A stretch of 64,000 nucleotides of DNA from Myxococcota bacterium (GTDB lineage: Bacteria; Myxococcota_A; SURF-8), in contig OZ223209.1 of the NCBI GenBank assembly GCA_965140415.1, forward strand, positions 4,512,001-4,576,000. Direction: 5' to 3'. The notes below the pieces were generated by a model. That model worked only from the letters and a program-made list of their open reading frames with translations. It ran no database searches and was not told the origin of the DNA. This document shows positions 1 through 9,708 of this stretch, piece after piece. Position 1 is the first letter of the stretch, and each line of letters opens with the position of its first letter. The position numbers were made by a program, and so were the translations under genes.

Positions 1-747
1 GATGTCGCCGATGCCGGAAGCGTTACCGTCGCCGGTGAAATCAAGGTTTTCGGCGTGGAAGCTCCCTGCCAGGCGTTGAAGGTGGAAGTGTACACCATGT
101 ACACCGACGCCGGTGTCATCAAAACCAGCTTCAGCGATCCGATCGCAACCGGTGTCGTTGTGGATCCGCCCGATGAGGATTTCCGCTGTCATCTGACCAT
201 CGAAAACGTTCCGGTCGGTCGCTGGTTGATCTTCAAATCCTATGACGAAGGCAACATCAACTTCAAAGACACCTACCAGAACAACGTTTACATCAAACCG
301 GAAGACAAGGACAACAGCCCCTTCCCCATTGAGATCAACGCCATCTCCAACACCTCCTGGTCGCTGGTTCCGATCACCGCCGGAGTCAATGGCGGCATCA
401 AGCCGGGACGTGGCGCGATTGCAGGCACCGTGAAGGACTGCGATGGCCGCCTGATCAAAAACGCCACCGTCGGCACCACCATTCGCCCGACATCGCTGGC
501 CTATTTCAATGCCATGCCGGAAGATCTGACTCCACAACAGGGTTTGAAATACACCAACAGTGATTCCACCTGGGCAGCGTTGGACATCAAACCGGGCGCC
601 ATCAAAGGCGTTTCGCTGGCGATGATCGACGGGGAAATCGTGGAACTGGCCAACTTCACCATGATCGTGGTGCCAGACGCCATTTCCATCATGGGTTTCC
701 GCTGCGGCAATCCCATGAACTACGGTGAATTCACCGCTCCCGAATAA
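1..747 (+). CDS. 5'-truncated hypothetical exported protein with a beta-sandwich (carboxypeptidase-regulatory-like) domain
   Basis: Frame +1 is open from base 1 (DVADAGSVTVAGEIKVFGVE...) to TAA at 745-747. The GAIAGTVKDCDG..IKNATV motif resembles CarboxypepD_reg-type domains. A terminator follows. Confidence 0.6.
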   Translation, partial: DVADAGSVTVAGEIKVFGVEAPCQALKVEVYTMYTDAGVIKTSFSDPIATGVVVDPPDEDFRCHLTIENVPVGRWLIFKSYDEGNINFKDTYQNNVYIKPEDKDNSPFPIEINAISNTSWSLVPITAGVNGGIKPGRGAIAGTVKDCDGRLIKNATVGTTIRPTSLAYFNAMPEDLTPQQGLKYTNSDSTWAALDIKPGAIKGVSLAMIDGEIVELANFTMIVVPDAISIMGFRCGNPMNYGEFTAPE

Positions 748-770
748 ACCGCATTTCGGATAGAGCTATC

Positions 771-808
771 GCACCCGCTTCCTTTGAAGGAGGCGGGTGT
801 TTTTGTTT
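771..808 (+). terminator. Rho-independent terminator
   Basis: Stem gcacccgcttcctt / aaggaggcgggtgt followed by a T-rich tract, 23 nt after the stop codon. Confidence 0.75.
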
Positions 809-873
809 GGCTTACCGAAGCAACGAGTAAAACGGACGGTCAGCAAATTGTCGGACGGTGTAACCATGGCAAA

Positions 874-961
874 GGGTGGCGCGGGCCAAGCGGAATGGAA
901 TGGAGCTTGCCCGTGTTCCTGTTTCGGCTCATGGGCAACCTGCGGTTCGCCCATGCCACCC
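874..961. repeat. REPIN-like element (inverted pair of palindromes), copy A
   Basis: gggtggcgcgggc...gcccgtg and catgggc...gcccatgccaccc. It closely matches the reverse complement of 63582-63668. Confidence 0.7.
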
Positions 962-962
962 A

Positions 963-1063
963 CCGTGTCTAACCTATTGAAAACACACAGCCTTCCACGA
1001 CCTTCGATCGCGAAAGACTATGCCACAAACTCATGGAACCAGTGGCTAAATATGACGAAAACC
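963..1063. repeat. ~100-bp dispersed intergenic repeat, copy 1
   Basis: ccgtgtctaacctattgaa...gactatgccacaaa...gtggct.aatatga is near-identical to 8290-8391. Confidence 0.85.
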
Positions 1064-1076
1064 TGGTCTGACCCGT

Positions 1077-1841
1077 CTATTTTCCGGCAAGAATAGCGGC
1101 GGCCTCTTCGGTATACTCGCCATCCGAGCGTTCGAGAAACAGAGGCGGAAGGATTTGCAATTCAGGCAGGCGCGTAGCAATGGCTTCGACCAATGCCAAG
1201 CGTGCGTCCTCGCCCATGCGCGGATACACCAAGCGCAGCCTGCGCGGTGGCAGATGATGTGTCTGAAGCACGGTGAATAGTTCATATAGACGAGAAGCCG
1301 GGTAGATGAAGAAGGCGCGTCCCTTGTTCGTCACCAGGTATTTGGCGGCGGCCACGACATCCACCATGCGGCACTGATGCTCCCTGCGGGCGATCGCTTT
1401 CTGCTCGCTGGGATTGTCGCGCCCGCTTCCTACCGGATAAAATGGAGGATTCGCCGTTACCACATCCGCCGATTGCGGAGGCAGCAGATCGCGTATTCGG
1501 CGTACATCTCCGTGGAGAATGCTCAGCCTGTCTTTAACCTCATTGAGTTCGACGTTGCGGCGGGCCAGCTCTGCCAGTTCGGTCTGGATTTCCACTCCCA
1601 ACGCACCCTGCGCCTTTCCCTGTTGCAACAGAATCAACGGGATGACCCCAACACCGCAGCCAAGATCAACGATACGCTGTTTTTTCTGAGAGAACGGCAC
1701 GAAGTCCGCCAGTAACACCGCATCCACCGAAAAGCGATACCCTCGCAGGGGTTGCAGCAGGCGCACCTTCCCATTGAGCGCGGCATCCAGACTTTCCGTT
1801 TCGGGATTGTAGTCGAGTGCTTGCTCCAGTTCTTCGGTCAC
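1077..1841 (-). CDS. yfiC: tRNA1(Val) adenine(37)-N6 methyltransferase (YfiC/TrmN6 family)
   Basis: GYRFSVDAVLLA, SAM-binding DLGCGVG, NPPF catalytic motif and ARRE segment. Confidence 0.8.
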   Translation of the reverse strand: MTEELEQALDYNPETESLDAALNGKVRLLQPLRGYRFSVDAVLLADFVPFSQKKQRIVDLGCGVGVIPLILLQQGKAQGALGVEIQTELAELARRNVELNEVKDRLSILHGDVRRIRDLLPPQSADVVTANPPFYPVGSGRDNPSEQKAIARREHQCRMVDVVAAAKYLVTNKGRAFFIYPASRLYELFTVLQTHHLPPRRLRLVYPRMGEDARLALVEAIATRLPELQILPPLFLERSDGEYTEEAAAILAGK

Positions 1842-2452
1842 ACGGACATTCCTTGACTGGCTAAGAAATCCCGGATTTCCGTTTCGGAGATCGCTCCGGG
1901 ACGCACGATTTTCAACCGTCCGTTGCGAATCGTAAGCACCGTCGATTCCGTTACTTCCTTGACCGATGTTTCATCGGGCAGTACCAGCACATCCCGGTTT
2001 TCGATGGTCAGTTGTACGATCTCTTCACTGACGGTAGGCGAGCGTCCGCTCAAATTGGCGCTGGTTGCCGTGATCGGCACTCCGGCGCGACGCACCAATT
2101 CCGTTGCGGTTGGATGACTGGAGCAGCGTAAACCCAGTAGGGGCATCGCCAGATGCACGACAGAAGCCGTCGGTTTGGCTCGCATCAATAACGTCAACGG
2201 ACCAGGCCAGTATTGCTTAATCAGCGCCCGTTCCATTTCGCTGGGCGAAGCCACGAGTTCTTCAAGCCAGCTTTCATCCGGAATCAGAACCGAATATGGC
2301 CGTTCACCCGAAGAGCCTTTGATGGTTCGCACACGGGACACTGCCACAGGATCGTCGGCGCGCGCACCGAGCCCGTAACAGGTTTCGGTCGGGTACGCAA
2401 CCACCGCCCCTTTTAAGATCGCTTCTACCGCCTGATCCATAGACGTCGTCAT
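1838..2452 (-). CDS. tsaC: L-threonylcarbamoyladenylate synthase (Sua5/YrdC/TsaC)
   Basis: AYPTETCYGLG, WPGPLTL and TSANLSG motifs. Confidence 0.9.
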   Translation of the reverse strand: MTTSMDQAVEAILKGAVVAYPTETCYGLGARADDPVAVSRVRTIKGSSGERPYSVLIPDESWLEELVASPSEMERALIKQYWPGPLTLLMRAKPTASVVHLAMPLLGLRCSSHPTATELVRRAGVPITATSANLSGRSPTVSEEIVQLTIENRDVLVLPDETSVKEVTESTVLTIRNGRLKIVRPGAISETEIRDFLASQGMSV

Positions 2453-2461
2453 GATTGTTCC

Positions 2462-2968
2462 CTATTGTTGAAGCGTTTTCTGTAGCCGCTTGTCTTTTTC
2501 CACAACCTGCTTGGCCAGTTTTGCCTTGTACTCGGCATAACGACCGGCCAGTTCTTCATCGGATATCGCCAGAATCTGTACTGCAAACAGGCCCGCGTTA
2601 CGCGCTCCAGCCTTGCCGATTGCCATGGAAGCAACCGGAACGCCCGAAGGCATCTGCACCGTGGCGAGCAAGGCATCCAGCCCCTGCAACGCGCTGCTAT
2701 CGATGGGAACGCCGATAATGGGTAGCGTCGTTTCGGCGGCAATGACACCGGCTAAATGCGCAGCCGCTCCCGCGCCGACGATAAAACAACCGCAGCCGCT
2801 TTTCGCTGCGCTCTTCGCGATGGTAGAGGTGCGTTTGGGGGAACGATGCGCGGAGGATACCATCATCTTGGCAGGCACTCCGAACTCCACCAACGTATCA
2901 TACGCCTGGCGCATGATATCCGCATCCGAATCCGAACCCATTACGATCCATACTTCTTTCTTCGCCAT
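2462..2968 (-). CDS. purE: N5-carboxyaminoimidazole ribonucleotide mutase
   Basis: MGSDSD, SAHRSP, GAGAAAHLAG and VQMPSGVPVA motifs. Confidence 0.97.
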   Translation of the reverse strand: MAKKEVWIVMGSDSDADIMRQAYDTLVEFGVPAKMMVSSAHRSPKRTSTIAKSAAKSGCGCFIVGAGAAAHLAGVIAAETTLPIIGVPIDSSALQGLDALLATVQMPSGVPVASMAIGKAGARNAGLFAVQILAISDEELAGRYAEYKAKLAKQVVEKDKRLQKTLQQ

Positions 2969-2989
2969 GTTGAGAATTCTCCTGGTTGG

Positions 2990-4264
2990 TTACATACGTC
3001 CAAATGCCCGACGAGCAATGTCGGATCGATAATGTACGTTTTCCCATGTAATGATGTTAGTTGCTTCATAACTGCGCTCAACGGCTTGCTGGATGTTATC
3101 CCCCAGTGCCGTAACGCCCAAAACGCGTCCACCGCTGTTCTGCCAGACGCCGTCTACGAGTTTGGTTCCGGCATGGAAGACGGTCAGATCCTGCATCTGC
3201 TCCGCCTGATCCAACCCTGCAATCGCGTGTCCGGCATCCGCTTTGCCCGGATAACCGCCCGAGGCCATCACAACGCAAACCGCCGGGCGCGTGTCCCATT
3301 CGGCCTGCACATCGGCCAAACGGCCTTCCGCCGTCGCCAATAACAGCTCGACCAGATCGGATTTCAAACGCGCCATAATCGGCTGGGTTTCCGGATCGCC
3401 GAAACGGCAGTTGAATTCCAGCACGTACGGTACGCCTTCACAGATCATCAATCCCGCATAAAGTACACCGCTAAATGGAGTTCCGTCCTTCTCCATTCCT
3501 TCGATGGTCGGAATCATGACCGTTTCCATGATTTTATCGTGCATTTCAGGCGTGATCACCGGTGCCGGAGAATAGGCCCCCATACCGCCCGTATTCGGCC
3601 CCTGATCGTCGTTAAAGACTCGTTTGTGGTCCTGGCTGCTTGCCATGGGCAACACGGTCTTACCATCGGTCAAGGCGATAAAGCTGGCTTCCTCGCCGAT
3701 CAGCAGCTTTTCAACCACCACCACGTCTCCGGCCTTGCCGAAACGCTTGGAGACCAGAATTTCATCCAAGGCCTGCTCGACATCCTGCGGCTTGTAGCAA
3801 AGTATCACGCCCTTGCCTGCCGCCAGGCCATCCGCCTTGATCACGACCGGCAAGCCGATGCGTTCCACTGCATCGCGCGCCTCTTCGAGCGTTTTAGCGG
3901 TTTCATAGGCCGCAGTCGGAATCCCGTGGCGCTTCATCAAATCCTTGCTGAACGCCTTGCTGCCTTCGATCTGGGCGGCCAGTGCATTGGGACCGACGAT
4001 CTTCAGCCCACGGGCGGTGAAGGCGTCTACAATACCCAGCGTCAACGGATCTTCGGGACCGACCATGGTCAGCTCGATCCCTTCCGTCTCGGCAAACTGG
4101 GCCAGTTTCTCCACTTCATTGACCTTAATCGGCACACACTTCGCCACTTTGGCGATTGCATCGCTTCCTGGTGCGGCATACACGGTATCGACACTTGGAC
4201 TTTGGGCGATCTTCCAGACCAACGCATGCTCGCGTCCGCCACCGCCGATGACCAATACCTTCAT
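2990..4264 (-). CDS. purD: Phosphoribosylamine-glycine ligase
   Basis: GGGGREHAL, KADGLAAGKGV, GPNTGGMGAYSP and EFNCRFGDPE motifs. Confidence 0.98.
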   Translation of the reverse strand: MKVLVIGGGGREHALVWKIAQSPSVDTVYAAPGSDAIAKVAKCVPIKVNEVEKLAQFAETEGIELTMVGPEDPLTLGIVDAFTARGLKIVGPNALAAQIEGSKAFSKDLMKRHGIPTAAYETAKTLEEARDAVERIGLPVVIKADGLAAGKGVILCYKPQDVEQALDEILVSKRFGKAGDVVVVEKLLIGEEASFIALTDGKTVLPMASSQDHKRVFNDDQGPNTGGMGAYSPAPVITPEMHDKIMETVMIPTIEGMEKDGTPFSGVLYAGLMICEGVPYVLEFNCRFGDPETQPIMARLKSDLVELLLATAEGRLADVQAEWDTRPAVCVVMASGGYPGKADAGHAIAGLDQAEQMQDLTVFHAGTKLVDGVWQNSGGRVLGVTALGDNIQQAVERSYEATNIITWENVHYRSDIARRAFGRM

Positions 4265-4286
4265 TCACTCCTCCTGTTCACGAATA

Positions 4287-6692
4287 CTAACTGCCCGACA
4301 AGTATCGGACATAACGAACGTTAACGGATTTCGGATCCAGCCGGTAAGCCATCCGAGCATATACTTTCGCTTGATCCAACTCTCCCTGTCGGGTGGACAA
4401 TAACGCCATCAATGCCAACATGTTGGCATCGGTGCCATACGAATCGATCAAGCGCTGCAAACGCCGAAGCGCATCTGCCGATTTCCCTTCTTTGTCCAAA
4501 ATCGAACAGAGCACTCGGTTACCCAGTGGATCGTTACGATTCTTTTTCAACACATTGGCAAGATAACGACGAGCTTTAGATGTTTTATCCCGTTGCAGGT
4601 AGGCAAACGCCAAGTACAAATTGGCTTTGGGATGCATGGGAACGTTTTTCAGAATTTTTTCGAAGCTCTCGATCGATTCTTCGAACGCTCTGAAATGATA
4701 TTGCACCAACCCTTCAATGAAATACTTGTAATCATTATCGATTTCGTTCTCATCGACGGCGCTTAAGCGGGTAACGAGATCTTTTTGGAAGTAGTCGAAA
4801 TCGGTAAAGAGATTGACATCCGGATTGTTCAGCCAATGATCCGGTTCGTAGCCCATCAAGGTTTCAAGAGTCGTAAAGGCTTTGCGCGTATTCAAGGCAT
4901 CCAGATACATGGTGGTCAAAATGAACGTGGCCGGTCGATAACTCGAATCGGCTTGAATGGCACGTTGGAAATGTTCCATTGCGGATTTCAAGTCCCCGTT
5001 ACGACGCTCCAATTCCCCCATAAGCGTCCAGATTTCCGGCTGCTCCGGATAATCCAGCAACATGGCGTTGAGTAATCGCAAACCCTGTTCGACATCGGCA
5101 GGTGCAAGATCTCCCTGCAAGGTGCGAGTCATGACATACTGGTACCGACTATCCACATCATCCGGTCCAAGCTGGAACGCTTTCTCGGCGGCACGACGGG
5201 CTTGATCCCGCTTTTCATCCAATATGGAATAATGACTGATGGCCGCCCAGTATTGCACACGATCCGATTGACTGTAGCGCTCGACCTGTCCAGGCGGCAG
5301 GCTTTGCAGAATATTCAAACATTCTCGTATAGGCTCACCGGAGGCCCAGGCCACATGAGCCAAGCCAAGCAAACCGGCAACATCGCTGGGACGGGTTTCC
5401 TTTAAACGCGAATAGCTTTCCTTTGCTTTTTCGAATGCTCCGATGGATTCGTAAAACCGTCCCAGATCCTGGCACATGGCACAAGCACTTGGGTCGATTT
5501 CATCGCGCAGTTTCATAACCAGTTCCGCCTCGGCCAATTCGCCCAGGGCTAAATAGGCTTTCGAAAGCGGTCGGATCACCATGATCGGATATCCCGGTTT
5601 CGTAATGACCGGAGCCAGCAAATCCACAGCACGCTGTGGATCGGTGCCGATCAGCGTTTCCGCCAGCAATTCCATGTTTTCGATATTCGACGGCTCCAGC
5701 TTGCGGGCGATTTCCGCTTCCGCCTGTGCTTTGCTGCGCTGTTCCAAAGCCAGAAATACTCTTCCGCGAGCGCGATGTAATGCCACATGATCGGGCAAGA
5801 GGGTAAAGCCGTGTTCGATGAGATCAAGCAGGTTACGCAGATAGCGCAGATCCTTTGTTTTCTGCGGCAACAACATGCCGCTTTCGATGTATCTGGCGAT
5901 CAGTTCCGGGTTGTTCGGCATCAAAATCAAGGCTTTGCCGAACAATGTCTGCGCATTACGATACCCATCGGGCAAGTCGCGCTTGAATTGCATTTCCGCC
6001 TGCTTGGCAAACTGCAAGGCATCGCCTGCGGGGCGTCCCTGTCGCGCTTCCAATTCAGCGAGGAAACGCTCGCCTTTTGTGAACTCCGTCTTTTCAGCTT
6101 TGGGTGGAGGATAGGCAATCAATAGCAGATCGGGCAAGAAAACATAGACCCCACCGGCTAGAACCAACGCCGCGAGAAAGATCAAACCCCAAGTCGTCCA
6201 AGAAATCTCACTACGCCCACCGAAGACAGGAGCGGAGACTTGCGTATGCGTCGCACTGCGAATGTCTCCCGTGCGCCGCCTGGAGCGTTGCATGGTTTCG
6301 ATACTTTGTACACCCGATGACGGCTCCAGATCCCGATTCAATTCTTCTTTGATGCGGTCCACCCCGATCTTCGACGAACCTTCGGTAGAAGCAGGCATCG
6401 ACGAGGCCGGCTGCTTTGCTGGCGGTCCGCCTAGCGACTCGAACTGCGCAGAGCTGTTGGGAGTACTTGAAACCGGCTTTGGAGATGTCGCCAAATCGAG
6501 AGAAGCAGAGGAACGCCCTTGCTTGGCTTCAGGTTCATACCTCGAAACGAAAAACACCGGTTCCGGGGAGTTGGGATCCTGTTCCAGCAGATTCTTAGCC
6601 TGACAGGCCGGACATTTAACAATCGCCCGTTTTTGGATCTTGGCTTCGTTGAATTTGAATTTCGCACCGCAGGTTTTGCAACTTGCTATCAT
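4287..6692 (-). CDS. Zinc-ribbon (MJ0042-like) / single TM / TPR protein
   Basis: N-terminal CKTC...CPAC, Ser/Pro-rich linker, TM helix WGLIFLAALVLAGGVYVFL and a long TPR-like region. Start moved to MIASC (6692). Confidence 0.75.
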   Translation of the reverse strand: MIASCKTCGAKFKFNEAKIQKRAIVKCPACQAKNLLEQDPNSPEPVFFVSRYEPEAKQGRSSASLDLATSPKPVSSTPNSSAQFESLGGPPAKQPASSMPASTEGSSKIGVDRIKEELNRDLEPSSGVQSIETMQRSRRRTGDIRSATHTQVSAPVFGGRSEISWTTWGLIFLAALVLAGGVYVFLPDLLLIAYPPPKAEKTEFTKGERFLAELEARQGRPAGDALQFAKQAEMQFKRDLPDGYRNAQTLFGKALILMPNNPELIARYIESGMLLPQKTKDLRYLRNLLDLIEHGFTLLPDHVALHRARGRVFLALEQRSKAQAEAEIARKLEPSNIENMELLAETLIGTDPQRAVDLLAPVITKPGYPIMVIRPLSKAYLALGELAEAELVMKLRDEIDPSACAMCQDLGRFYESIGAFEKAKESYSRLKETRPSDVAGLLGLAHVAWASGEPIRECLNILQSLPPGQVERYSQSDRVQYWAAISHYSILDEKRDQARRAAEKAFQLGPDDVDSRYQYVMTRTLQGDLAPADVEQGLRLLNAMLLDYPEQPEIWTLMGELERRNGDLKSAMEHFQRAIQADSSYRPATFILTTMYLDALNTRKAFTTLETLMGYEPDHWLNNPDVNLFTDFDYFQKDLVTRLSAVDENEIDNDYKYFIEGLVQYHFRAFEESIESFEKILKNVPMHPKANLYLAFAYLQRDKTSKARRYLANVLKKNRNDPLGNRVLCSILDKEGKSADALRRLQRLIDSYGTDANMLALMALLSTRQGELDQAKVYARMAYRLDPKSVNVRYVRYLSGS

Positions 6693-6877
6693 GATTCTCG
6701 CACCGTCCCTTCGGATCCACACCCGGTTAGGCAATCCGAGATCCATCCCCCCCGCAACAGCTACGGCAGGTAAAACTTATGGGATCGAATCTCGCGACGT
6801 TCCGCGGTTCTTGCGGTGCGACATTTTACTCACAGCAGAAGGAAAACGTCAATCCCCCGACAACAAAAAATTGCACT

Positions 6878-7354
6878 TTATAGAATGAAATCTTTCAGGT
6901 TGTTCTTGCGGGTCTGGTGACGCAGCTTGTTCAAGCCCTTCACTTCGACCTGGCGAATACGCTCACGGGTCAGATTGAGGATTTCTCCAACCTCTTCGAG
7001 CGTGATGCCGCCGCGATCGGCGACATCCAGGGCGCAAGTTTCTTTCATTTCCCAGACTTCTTTTTCCGGGAAATTGAACTTGATCGATCCGGTTTCCATA
7101 TTGACATCGAGATATAGGTGATGCTTGCAGGAAACGAACATGCAGGGGCGCTGCCGGTTCTGGCAATCATCTCGATCTCTTGGCCGCATGTAGTCTACAA
7201 GCTGAATTAATTCAGCCATTTCAGGGTCTTCATTCTGGGCCTTCAACTCTTCCAGTTCGATACGAGTCAAGTTCGCTTTGCGCTTGAAACTCTTGGAAGA
7301 AGAGCTACTACGCTTGACCGGCTTCTGGAAATCGAGATTTTCGTGAACTTTCAT
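6878..7354 (-). CDS. Cys-rich DNA-binding protein with sigma-70 region 4 HTH
   Basis: [20 protein letters not shown] is a sigma region 4.2 signature. It is preceded by C-x6-C-x4-CKHH...TCALD, and no sigma region 2 is present. Confidence 0.75.
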   Translation of the reverse strand: MKVHENLDFQKPVKRSSSSSKSFKRKANLTRIELEELKAQNEDPEMAELIQLVDYMRPRDRDDCQNRQRPCMFVSCKHHLYLDVNMETGSIKFNFPEKEVWEMKETCALDVADRGGITLEEVGEILNLTRERIRQVEVKGLNKLRHQTRKNNLKDFIL

Positions 7355-7442
7355 TTGGCAACTCCTGCATTAACCTCACAGGGACGTTTTACGTTTTTTT
7401 GTCACGATGTCAATACCCAAATGTGGGTTTTGCAAAAAAAGA

Positions 7443-7937
7443 CTAAACGAGGAACGTATTTTCCAATCTTTCCAGAGTGGAAATCACCCGACTGAGGTTC
7501 TTGGTAACCAGTTCGATATCACGATTCAGCTGAACTTCGTTGCGATCTTTTTTGCCTTTGGCTTCGATATTTTCGCTCAGTTCGCCGGAAACTTCGTTCA
7601 CCACGCGCCGGGCTTCTTCCATTTTCTGGCGCATGGAAAAATACGAACCTTTGAGCTGTTCCAGTGTCAAGTCGCCCGAAATCATTTTTTTGATGGTGTT
7701 GATGCGCTCGATGGTGGTAACCGGATACAGGCCGCGCGAACCGCGATGCTTGCCCTTTTGGCCGACACGACGGCAGCGTTCTACCAGACCCATCTGCACG
7801 TATTTACGGAAAGTGGCTTCACTGAACTTGATGCCGCGACTTTTAAAGATATCCACAATCTCTACGGAAGATAGACCATTAGGATGCTTTTCGTTGATCT
7901 TCTTGATCTCAGCCTTCGTCAATAACTGTCCCATCAC
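7443..7937 (-). CDS. MerR-like helix-turn-helix protein
   Basis: SEATFRKYVQMGLV...GLYP...IERINTIK is a MerR-type winged HTH followed by a coiled coil. Strong RBS (AAGGAGG). Confidence 0.7.
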   Translation of the reverse strand: MMGQLLTKAEIKKINEKHPNGLSSVEIVDIFKSRGIKFSEATFRKYVQMGLVERCRRVGQKGKHRGSRGLYPVTTIERINTIKKMISGDLTLEQLKGSYFSMRQKMEEARRVVNEVSGELSENIEAKGKKDRNEVQLNRDIELVTKNLSRVISTLERLENTFLV

Positions 7938-7970
7938 CTTAACCTCCTTGGCATTCAGAATGATACACTG

Positions 7971-7999
7971 ACTGTACCCCAGCTTTTTATAATTGTCAA
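7971..7999 (-). promoter_or_regulatory. sigma70-type promoter for the MerR-like / sigma-r4 gene pair
   Basis: Minus strand TTGACA-17 nt-TACAGT with a very AT-rich upstream tract (8000-8070). Confidence 0.65.
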
Positions 8000-8228
8000 T
8001 AATTTTGTAGTAACTATTTTATATTTTCTATAATTTTATATAATTTAGCTTAACCAAACTTGGTATTTTCAGTGTATCTACAAGTACTTAACAAATTCCG
8101 CCCCTAAGACAATATTTTCAAAAAAAAGCGCAGCGAGTACAAAATATTGAATATCGACGCATCGGACCAAGACAATTTCCCAAATTTTCGTGATGTTCCA
8201 TGCGCTGTAAACAGATCCATAACTACCC

Positions 8229-8281
8229 CAGGATTGCAATCCTGATCCGAAATATTACGTGCGGGATTGCAATCCTGATCC
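8229..8281. repeat. Two copies of palindrome GGATTGCAATCC (REP-like or operator)
   Basis: ggattgcaatcctgatcc at 8231-8248 and 8264-8281, a 33-bp period. Confidence 0.75.
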
Positions 8282-8289
8282 ATCAAAAG

Positions 8290-8391
8290 CCGTGTCTAAC
8301 CTATTGAAGACACACAGCCTTCCACGATCTTCGATCGCGTAAGACTATGCCACAAATTCACAGGATCTGTGGCTGAATATGATTAAGAACC
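8290..8391. repeat. ~100-bp dispersed intergenic repeat, copy 2
   Basis: Aligns with 963-1063. Confidence 0.85.
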
Positions 8392-8405
8392 GGTATAGGA
8401 GAACG

Positions 8406-9692
8406 TTACTTCAGATAGATTTCCGGGTTGGCTCCGGGAACTAAAAAGACGATTTCTTTGTGTGGCGTTTCCTGCTCGGACAGGGGCATGAAGGTGATGA
8501 CGTGCCGTCCTGGCGGCAGTTTCAATTGCAACGGTGTTTTACCGGCTTTGCGATCATCCACCCAGACATCGCGGTCGGGTTTGGCATCGATGGGCAGCAA
8601 AGCATGGGGACCGAGCAATTCCAATATTGGCGTTTGACTGTCAAGCGACGACGATACCTGCTCGATGTCGTTGGGAGATGAAATCCGCCAGATGGAAACC
8701 AGCGCAGCAAGCAATAACGCGACCGTCAGCAATATCGCTACAGGGGCAATCTTCGTTGCAGATCGGGACGAAGCTGGCTCTTGCTTCGAGCTTTTCTTTG
8801 TTTGCGGCAAAGGAACGGTTTTACGAGCGGAACCCGTGTTGCCGGGAACCATCGTCAGGCTCTGTTCCACCCGCTGTCCCAATTCCCGCCGCAAATCCAT
8901 TTCGGGCTGCATCAACAAGGGACGCAGTCCAGCCGCAGCAGTCGCAGCCGATGTCGGTCTTTTTTGTCGATCCGTCTCGACCATGCTTTTCAGCACATGC
9001 GCCAACCGGCCTCCACCACGCTCTTTAAGGCTTTCCAATGCCGCTTTACGTTCTTCCCGTCCCTCCAGTTCGGGACGTCCGCCCAGCGCCAACTCGATCA
9101 GCACCAGCCCCAGACTATACAAATCACTTTCGGGGCCCTCCTGCTCACCTTGCTTGCGCTCCGGTGCGGCGTAGCGCCAGTTGCCACGCGCCTGAGTTTT
9201 ATTCTGCGACGAATTGATTCTACCGGCTACACCGAAATCAGCCAGTCGCACGAATCCATGCCGATCGATCAACAGGTTTTGCGGGCTGATATCCCGATGC
9301 AAGACCGCTCCGTCAGGACGATCGTGCAAATAGGCCAAGCCATCCAGCGCCTGTACACCGATCAATGCAACCAGCGCTTCGGCAAGCGCACGCTCTCCCA
9401 ATCGACCAGCATCCACCCCATCGATGTATTCCATAACCAGCAGACGCTCAGACCCTGCCTGCTCGAAACCATAGAATTGAACCAGATTGGGGTGGCGCAG
9501 ATTCAAGGCCAGTTCCGCCTCACGCGTGAACAAACGCAACAGCTCGGGATCGCGCTCCAATTCCGGTAGAATGCGTTTGACAACCAACGTCTTGGCCAGA
9601 CCATCCGCACCCGGCTTCTCTGCGAGGTAAACCTCGGCCATGCCTCCCCGCCCCAGTTGACGCAATAGCCGATAGGATCCGAGTGTCTTCAT
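8406..9692 (-). CDS. Membrane Ser/Thr protein kinase with C-terminal PEGA-like domain
   Basis: LGRGGMAEVY, VVKRI, HRDISPQN, DFG and APE motifs, a TM helix, then VWVDDRKAGKTPLQLKLPPGRH (PEGA). Start at MKTLGSY. Confidence 0.9.
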   Translation of the reverse strand: MKTLGSYRLLRQLGRGGMAEVYLAEKPGADGLAKTLVVKRILPELERDPELLRLFTREAELALNLRHPNLVQFYGFEQAGSERLLVMEYIDGVDAGRLGERALAEALVALIGVQALDGLAYLHDRPDGAVLHRDISPQNLLIDRHGFVRLADFGVAGRINSSQNKTQARGNWRYAAPERKQGEQEGPESDLYSLGLVLIELALGGRPELEGREERKAALESLKERGGGRLAHVLKSMVETDRQKRPTSAATAAAGLRPLLMQPEMDLRRELGQRVEQSLTMVPGNTGSARKTVPLPQTKKSSKQEPASSRSATKIAPVAILLTVALLLAALVSIWRISSPNDIEQVSSSLDSQTPILELLGPHALLPIDAKPDRDVWVDDRKAGKTPLQLKLPPGRHVITFMPLSEQETPHKEIVFLVPGANPEIYLK

Positions 9693-9708
9693 GAAAACAC
9701 CATTTCGC

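Noticed and set aside
7975-8130. AT-rich tract as replication origin
   Set aside because: No clustered DnaA boxes and no dnaA/gidA context; explained by a promoter/UP region.
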